Below, piece after piece: positions 50,101-64,000 of a DNA stretch of 64,000 nucleotides. Positions within the stretch are counted from its first letter, which is position 1, and the number at the start of each line of letters is the position of its first letter. The position numbers and the translations under genes were made by a program. The DNA lies in assembly GCA_036172245.1 (NCBI GenBank), contig JAYWIR010000001.1, forward strand, positions 806,001-870,000, given 5' to 3'. The stretch comes from Raillietiella orientalis. Taxonomy: Eukaryota. The notes under the pieces are model-generated. The model searched no databases and was not told where the DNA came from. It saw only the letters and a list, made by a program, of their open reading frames with translations.

Positions 50101-53100
50101 GATTGGATTGTAGATTTTGCATACCTTATCCTTGAAATAAGTTGGTATATTCTTCTTTAAGGTATTTCTCGAGTCAAAACTTTAATTTTGCATGAAAACC
50201 TGATTGATTACTCATATTTGCTTTGCACATTATGCACAAAGAAAAATCGATTTCTGATATTTTGATTGTAAGCATACAGCATATGTATTTTTGACACCAA
50301 CAAACTGGTTCTTTATACATTCAATTTCAGGTATCAGTCAGTTGAAATAAATATTTCTCCTATATGCCAACCCCTTGTGAACTTCATAAGATATCCTAAA
50401 ATTTTTGACATTGTCTATTACTTGTCTGTAAAAAATTTCACGAGCTCACTTTTTCAAGAAATTACTAATTAATGATTTACAGTTTACAAGCATTTGTTAT
50501 TTCAAAGACGAGGTTGTGTTACCATGTAATGAATGGTTTGAGAAATAAGATGTAATTTATTGGCTTGTTTCCAATGTCTTCTTTTGCAATACAGGAATCT
50601 GTTTATGGATCTCATTGTAACTATATCATTTACGAAAAATTACAAAAGTAAATATACATGAGTATAGTTGCAAAAATGATTTTTTAATTTGAATTCGAAC
50701 TCCAGAAAACAGTTGTCGAGCTAACAGATCTATGTAACAATAAGTACACTGATTCTAGAATATGTGCAAATCCCCCAAAGCAATGCTTGCATTCTTTACT
50801 TCTTCCAAAATGGGATTTTTCAGACCAGTGAAATCTCAGTTTGATTTACAAAAAAACTGCAATAGATTTTCTGTACTATTGAAATATTGTTTTCTTGCAA
50901 TGTATGAAAGTTTCCCACAAAATTTGGACTCTTACTTTTAGTTCTCCGATAAGAGAATTTTATTGCTTATCTAAAAGCACTATTTTTTAGTTGCCGCCTG
51001 ATATGGAAATTAAGTGGAACAAAAGACTGACCAAAACAGCAGGATATTGTTTTAATAAAGAAAGTGAATCAAAGGAACGGTTTTCAATCATTCATCTGTC
51101 CACAAAGGTAACTTTTTAGTGAGTGATTAAAGATAGTCTCAAAAAATGCATAAAATGATACTTTTATACTTGGCTCTTAATTTATTCTGATTTCTGATTC
51201 TGCAAACATCCTATCAGTCAGTTGCCTCATAACTAAAACTTATTCACTATTTTTATTTCTATAATAATTTCATTAATCAATTGGTGCCTTCAACATATCT
51301 GGAAAATTGGGCTGGGGATGGGTGGGATCCTCCATTGAGCCATATGTAATCAGGTTTCAAAAACCCCTTCTCATTAACGCTAGGTATTTTTGCCATATAT
51401 TTGCTAACTTGAAATCACAAAAGTAACAGAATACCAAAATATGTTTTCCGATATTTCTAAGGCAAGCATTCAAAATATCATTAAGTAAAGGAAAGAATGG
51501 AGACTCATATCCAATGTATCCAATACTTCGTCTTGTACCTTTTGCTTTTGTCATCTATTTGTACATATTTGAATACATGGGTATATCAGGAATTTGAGTG
51601 TTTATAACTCGTCATTGAAAGTAGACACCTAGAGAAAAGTAATGGCATCAGATACTGTTAGAATTCAAAGAACATTGCACAGGAAAACAATTGTCATATG
51701 ATGCATGCAGAAAAAGAAAATGACGGAATGTTTTCTAGCAGACAATACTGACTGACAAATACTAGATTGAATGCACAACAATTTTTTGGGGGGTCAAGGA
51801 GTCAATATATCTAAGAATACGTAACCCTAAGCGAAAATCAAAACGCACTTTCTTATTCAAAGATGCCTAGATCACTAAAGCTTTATGTTTGCCTTCAAAA
51901 TTGCTGGAGGTGATCACCGTGTGTATAATGGGTATTTTTGGAGAAAACTGCATTGCAATAAGATGTGCTCATTTCTACCAGAGAGAGAATCACCATGGAG
52001 CATTGTGTGTTGTGGACACTGTACTACAGTTTTTCCGGATATGTACGAGAGTGAATGGTCAGTAGGGAGTAGGGTTTAATTTCACTCTGGTTCTGATTCA
52101 TGATAACTGGGATCAACCAACAATTGAAGAAAAATTATCAAATGCGTATTCTGTGATTTTTGTGTATTATCAGCTTGACTGAATCGTACAACACAGATTT
52201 TGAGTTCAAATGTTAGAATATGAAAAATGTTTAATGTAGGTTGTAGATACTGCCATTAGACTCCGCGAGGTCTTAATTCATGAAATTTGCCATGCTGCTG
52301 TTTGGATTATTGAAGGAATAAAAAAAGGTCATGGTGCACAGTGGAAAAAGTGGTTAAGTATATTTTATTTTATTTTATTTTTGTTATCAGGTGGTAAAAT
52401 CGAAAGCTAACAACGCACAGTATGTGCAAAAATTATTTGCATGTGTCAGTTCTGTAGATTTTGAAAAGTGATATTGATATTCTCGATCTGCCGGAATTTT
52501 TTAATCACAATTCAAGCAATTGAGTTTACAGTGAATGCACCGGATTTGGGGAACCATATCATCAGATTGCATGTTGCATGAAAATTCACTGGAAAAAGAG
52601 CTGTTTTATCATTAATGCTATAATTTGTTTTCTGCAATTGAACTGTACAAACATGAGAATGATTCCTAAAAACAGACCACCTTTGAATTATCCCAAAATT
52701 TCACAGTGAATTTGAGAATTTCTTGAAATATTTGTAATTTGCCTTCAGCTAAACAAAAAGGGAGGTCCAAAAAACCTTTCCCTTTTTGGTGATACATACT
52801 GTCCAAAATACTGATACATGCAGAATATGATAAAAGCTCATTTACAGTCGTGTGGACTCATCTATAAATTAGAATTTGTATTTTTTATCTTTCAGGGGAA
52901 GAACTGCAGTGACAGTTTTTCCAGAGTTACCTAATCTTACAAGGTGCCATAAGTACAAAATAACTTACAAATATGTATATCAGTGCAATGGATGCAGCAA
53001 CAAGTAAAATTATTTTATGCATTTTTCCAAAGATGTATTATTTGATCTTAAATAATTGTAATGTAAATGTTAGTCTTTTAGATTGTAAGCTGTAAGCTAA

Positions 53101-53276
53101 GGACTTGCGGCTTCAAGTTTACAAAAATGTTTGATATTTTTATATCTACTTTTAGAATTCATCGGCATTCTAAATCCCTGAACGTTTCAAAAATTGTTTG
53201 CAGTCACTGTGCAGAGCATTTCCAACTTTTACCATGCTCCAAAGTCAAAAACTTCAATTCAGGGCAAAGTATTTAG
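47110..53276 (+). CDS. GCNA: GCNA/ACRC-like SprT metalloprotease, 8 exons
   Basis: Exons 47110-47185, 47229-47429, 48806-48886, 49314-49444, 50991-51107, 52240-52352, 52896-53003 and 53156-53276 join in frame. Acidic N-terminus, YNKYVFNNKLP, WNKRLTKTAGYC, LIHEICHAA (HExxH), HGAQWK, RCH.Y.I.YKYVYQC..C, RHSKS..C..C. Confidence 0.9.
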
Positions 53277-54726
53277 TTTTCTGAATTTTTAACTGAAGAC
53301 AAAATTTTTCATTTACGGACAGAAATTTTGAAGCAATTTTTCGTTAAAAAGGCGCCCTTCCTTCTAATTGTTTTTTTCTTAAGAACAAACATTCATAAAG
53401 ATGGGCTTAAGCAAAGTTACTATTCTAAATATTCATTTCGCATCGGATTCTAAACATTACCTGTTGGCACATTATTATGAGAATACAGCTTCAATAAATG
53501 TATGTAAACTTTGTACCATTATGATAGGAATATCCTATGGTGTGTTACCCCATTCTTTGTAATATTCCATTGCAATGCTTTGTGGGACCGGTCTAAGAGT
53601 TCATGGTGGGTTTAAAAAACGTTCCCATGCACATGATCTGGAATTTAGGGTTCAAAAAATTAACGTTAAAAAATTTCAGCAGTATTTTTAGGGCATTTAC
53701 TAGAAGCATTGGTAGTTTCCATGTAACAGGTGGAAGCCGAAATTTTTATTCCACATAGTAAGTGTACGAATACACAATATTAGGCTTGTGTAAATACATT
53801 TATTTGATTTCATCCACAATTTTGTATTCCATACACTAACGAAAGGGTTTGCATACCTTTACAAATGGAACCCTTATTTCATCAGCAACTCAATTTAGAA
53901 AACAGATTTGCTGCTATAGATTGAGGAGGTCATTTCCAATACAATAGTTTCCCAAATACTTCAATGAAATTTAAACGAAAAAATCCCTCTATAAATTCCA
54001 GTTTCAGAAAGACCAATTCGTTTCCAATAATTCCTGAAGGATAAAAGTGGCAATGGAAGTCGGGCAAACTTCAATAATGTACTACCACTGTTTTGCCATT
54101 CACACACATGCACACACACAAAAGAACTAAGTCAACATAGTGTCATACTGACTGACCTATCAACTATAAACTCCTTCTGATTTACACTTTCTGGGGAAAT
54201 TATTCCCAAATGCAATTCAGTATAGCAACGTAAGCAAGGATGGAAATATCGGAAGCAGGCACAAAACATCAACAATTACCAATTTTTCACTATAAAAACT
54301 GTAATTAATAACAATGCATTATTTTAGAACCATATTTCGTAACTCTTACTGATATGAGGTTTTACATTTATTAATGGAGGTGCCAACTTTCCAAAGTAAA
54401 GTACCTAGGATCCTAATTGCTGACATTTTCTCTTCAATTCTTATTACTTGTTACTGGCATTACTAAGAACCTTAAAATCATTTATTCATTACATATTCCA
54501 CATTAAACGGTAATTTTTAAACCTGCAGTTAATGTTATGTGAATTTTTAAAAAAAACAGTCTATATTTTTAAAAGACCAACTACGAAAACATTAACATTC
54601 AAATAAAAATATGCAAAGATTAGATGAATCTAAGTAGTGAAATGGTTGCTGAGTTAATCCCAAGTTTGGAAAAATCTGGTACTTACTGAAAACTCAAAAA
54701 CTCAAAGGAATATTAAGTGCCGATCT

Positions 54727-60462
<5,736 letters not shown>

Positions 60463-60899
60463 CTCTATAAGTCATTGGTACCTTCCACATATGCATGTAC
60501 CATTCAGCATTAATAGGTCAGTCCAGAATACTATCAAAAACACATGAGACTGAAAAGTATGGCCAAAAATAACTATTTTTTCATTTACATTGCCAAATGA
60601 ATAATCTACTATTTCCCACACAGAGTGGAATAATTGACTTCCATAGAATCTACAATGAACTCTTATTTAAATTTCTGAGTTTTACATTAATATAAATTAT
60701 CTTTGTTCAAATTAAGTACTGAAGCTTAACTTTATTCTAACTCTAAATCTGTTATTGTGAGTGGAATACTGGAAAGGTGCTTCAATATAAAAGAAATTGT
60801 GGATAGTATTCACCTCTTTCGACAACTTATGTATTAATAACTGACGTCAAGGAAGAAAACTGAAGTACTCTAACATGCCATCAAGTTTCCGGACCAAAA

Positions 60900-61600
60900 A
60901 CCAACACATAACTTTAACAGTGAATAAGCTAGCTGTGTTCCAAATGCCTCAAACTATATCAGTTCAATGGTCGTGTTTCCTGCGTTCCTCGTTCCTGCTG
61001 CTAAACAAAAAAAATTTTTTTTTTTTTTTTTCTCTCCATGAACAGCTGTTTACAGAAACAGTTGGTGGGTTCGAAACACAAAAAGCCATCGCAACAAACT
61101 GGGCACTGAACAGGCACTGCAGAAGGGGAAAACACAAACCACATTTGAGAAATGCATCCACCAGACGAGTGGTGTGGATAGTACTGGGTGCCTGTCGTTC
61201 GTGATTACTATATCATGCCAAATACTTGTAAAGGCTGATTTTAAAAATTTGACCCCACAGTGCATGGGAAATGTTCTGCCCTCGTGAAAGGATACGCCAA
61301 AACAGCAAGAGAGATGGGCCCCGATCTCCATGCCGAAAATATGCGAGCAAACAGTACATTTCCTCTATTTATCCTTTCCCGAAAATGGCTTATTCGCTAA
61401 TAAAGTAGTAACTCTTAATGCCTCAATCATCCCCGCAAGCTGAAACCAAATTCGGTCATGGAGAACCCTTGGATTGGGAAATACAGCTGCCATCAAATGG
61501 ATTCGTTACGGTATTAGCCTGCGGCGACGCACACAGTTCGAGGGCATGAAAACTGCTCTGGATTTCCCATCGTAACCCCATCCTTGCTTTGACCAAAGTC
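60900..61600 (-). mobile_element. Decayed DIRS-group RNase H/MT-like fragment
   Basis: Minus strand RAVFHAL-like stretch (~61560, like EL.AV..AL) and VDAFL..FP (~61160). Confidence 0.4.
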
Positions 61601-61779
61601 CCCCCCCGTTATGGATTTTGCTCTTTTATCAACATCCACCACACCCGTCGCTTTCTTTCCGCCTTACATGGGATGCGTAGCAACCATCTTAAATAGACGA
61701 TCACCGACGTTCGTCAAGCCCTGTGCATGCCAATTCACGAATCAACTCTAGGAAAACAGCAGAAAGGGAAGAGGAAGAA

Positions 61780-64000
61780 GAAGAAGAAAATAACCGGAAC
61801 TTCAGGTAGTACCCTCGAGGGAGTTCACATACCCGAGTCCAACGATCCCACACCACGGATGAGGAAAAGGTACTTGCACTCGGAGATCCTCCGCTAACCT
61901 CGCCATACGAAGGACTCGACCATTTTGATCTCGCGAAAATTCTCCATCGTGATTAATCCCACATTAATTAATCAACTCGTCTAATTTTGTGCAAGGGATT
62001 GTATTGGCAGGCGCTTGTAAGATGGGACCTCAGTATTATTTAAGATTCACGAAGACCGTACAGCTAAGCAGATGTATTGCACAAACCCCCGGACTTAAAG
62101 ATTTCTCGCTGGAGATTTCTTATTCCGTTTGCTTTTTTATTTCCCAGTTCGGATACTTGGGTCATCCCTCAACTTTTATTTGGAAGTCAGACAGCCCCTC
62201 TGTTGAGGCAATCTCCGCTTCTTTGATCCTCTTGAATCTCCCTGTTTCAAAGGAGGTTTCAAGATTCACTCAAGGTGAAACCAGGGAGCAGCTGCATGTT
62301 TTATTTTTATTCATACTCGCCATTACTTTGAACTGATACAGCCTCCTGACTTTGTATCCAGACTATTCTCGCTTGGACATGAAGTAGTCTCTAAACAGAC
62401 TGTTTCATGTCCCTACTTTCAACAACAGTTGCCCAACATTCCGACCACCAAAGGCGAGCACTTTCAGCTCTCTGAAGGCGGTGGCTTTGGTTAGGAATAC
62501 ACGTGACGAATTATCCGGCTTGGGGAACCTGCAGCAAGAGGACTGAGTTTTTGCAGCAGCAAGTCCAAATTCATTCTTTACGTCCCTCCTCTCTGCTAAT
62601 AGATGTGTTCAATTGATTTCTTCTTCATGTTTTATTGAATGCTTTGCATATCTTTTTCCACCTTATTATGAACTGCTTTCCGATATATATATATTACCAT
62701 CCCACCTTGCTTTCTGACCTGGCTTCCACTGCATCTTTCCACCTTCGTTCAGCGATTCTTCCAGAGAAGCTTCTTTAGGGTGGATCATTTTTTTGGTTCT
62801 CATCGGATGACATGGATTCGTTCTAAGCTTTCTTTCGAGAAATCCGAGTTCTCGAAATTCCTTTTCGTAGAGATGGGTTCCATGACCAACTTGTAAGGAG
62901 GGAGGCTGGCGGTGCAAGGAGCGCAAACGGATTCTCACTTCAGACACCCAGTTTTTTCGGACCTTTTTGAGTCGAATATCAAATGTCATAGCATTTAATG
63001 TTCACGTGGGCCAATGCTCTGCATTGGATGTGGCTAAAAACAAAAAACAAACCAAAAAAAAAAAAAAAACAGTTCATCGATCTACCGATACTGAGTACCA
63101 AGACTTGAAATTAACCCAGTTCATGGATTGTGATGTCTCCTTTTTACGATCTGTTTGTCGGCTATTCCTGACATCGGCTTAATATGAATGGGTTCGTATC
63201 GTCATGGGACTGGGAAAAACTTTGGAATGCTTGCTGCTCCAGTTTGAACCTTGAGTCATTTACTATGGCCGCTGTATCTTTGTTTAAATCTCTGTTTTAG
63301 AGAAATTAGATTCTCTTACATTCTCCGATGATGTTTTCAATCTTTTCCCTCACGTTTGTATGTATCTTCTTTCATGTTTAAGAGAATAATTCTGACCTGT
63401 TTCCAAATACTTCCAGCTGGAAATGTTTCGGGTTTGGATGTTTTTGTTTTACTTTCGACGTTACCTCCAACGTTTCCTCTTACTGCTGAAATTAAAGCCG
63501 CAATCATTCCCCATGAATGCTTTTTACGTCGGGAAAAAAAAATGTCTCTTTTTTTTTGATACAAAATGCTACATTTTTTCTGATTTCACTTGTAATTACC
63601 GCGAAATGAAAACCCATGATCTCCTTCCATGCTTACATTTTCGGCGGGAGCTTTTTATCGTTCATTGCAAAAAGACCTGATCGGTCTCCACCCAACAACA
63701 GGATGAAACCCAATGCTGTCCAATCAACCAACTAACCAGTTTGAAACTTTCTTTGTTTTAAAACACGTATTTTTTCCTTCTTTTGAAAACGCTCCTTGCT
63801 ACACGTCAACGCAGGTTATTTCCCATTTGTGGAGCCACTGCTATTTGCGATTTAGGTTGGGAATGGTATTCCATTCCCTACCTAAATCACTTCGGCAGCC
63901 TATCAGGTCCAGGTCCAGGACAGCTTTTCTTATCACCTTGGAAATCTACACTGATTCTTCCCGATATCGGATCGGAAAAGAAGTGCCTTTTCAACAAGGT
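61780..64000 (-). mobile_element. Decayed DIRS retrotransposon (MT-like and YR, 3' end); continues beyond the window
   Basis: Minus strand: LSWTW (~63925), IAVAPQ (~63845), LVSWLI (~63738), RVFLTKATAFRELKVL (~62505-62460, like VFLLALATAxRxSEL.AL), EIFKSGGLCNTS (~62105, like EI.KAAGW...STF). Confidence 0.7.

Overview
This is eukaryotic DNA from an AT-rich invertebrate-type animal genome, so the ORF track is mostly misleading; genes were rebuilt by hand from GT-AG exons. Seven intact spliced genes are supported: an SDR dehydrogenase (-), DCAF15 (+), an SNX7/30-type sorting nexin (-), a USP36/42-type deubiquitinase (-), AASDH/ACSF4 (+), a GCNA-like SprT protease (+) and a voltage-sensing phosphatase VSP/TPTE (-). 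The first ~20 kb and last ~3 kb are a transposon graveyard: about six heavily decayed DIRS tyrosine-recombinase retroelements, three Helitron-type PIF1 helicase relics, a Tigger/pogo remnant, a ~1 kb AT-rich foldback and an inverted partial SDR pseudogene. There are four main signals. (1) Dead DNA here appears to be evolving directionally AT->GC, seen in the foldback arms, the pseudogene and the GC/CpG-rich DIRS relics. (2) The 180-nt USP36->SNX spacer has a polyA signal followed by a splice acceptor, an operon-like layout. (3) The convergent DCAF15 and SNX stop codons are only 32 nt apart. (4) Many introns are only 39-50 nt. Transposon boundaries are approximate and rest on motif recognition by eye, not database searches.
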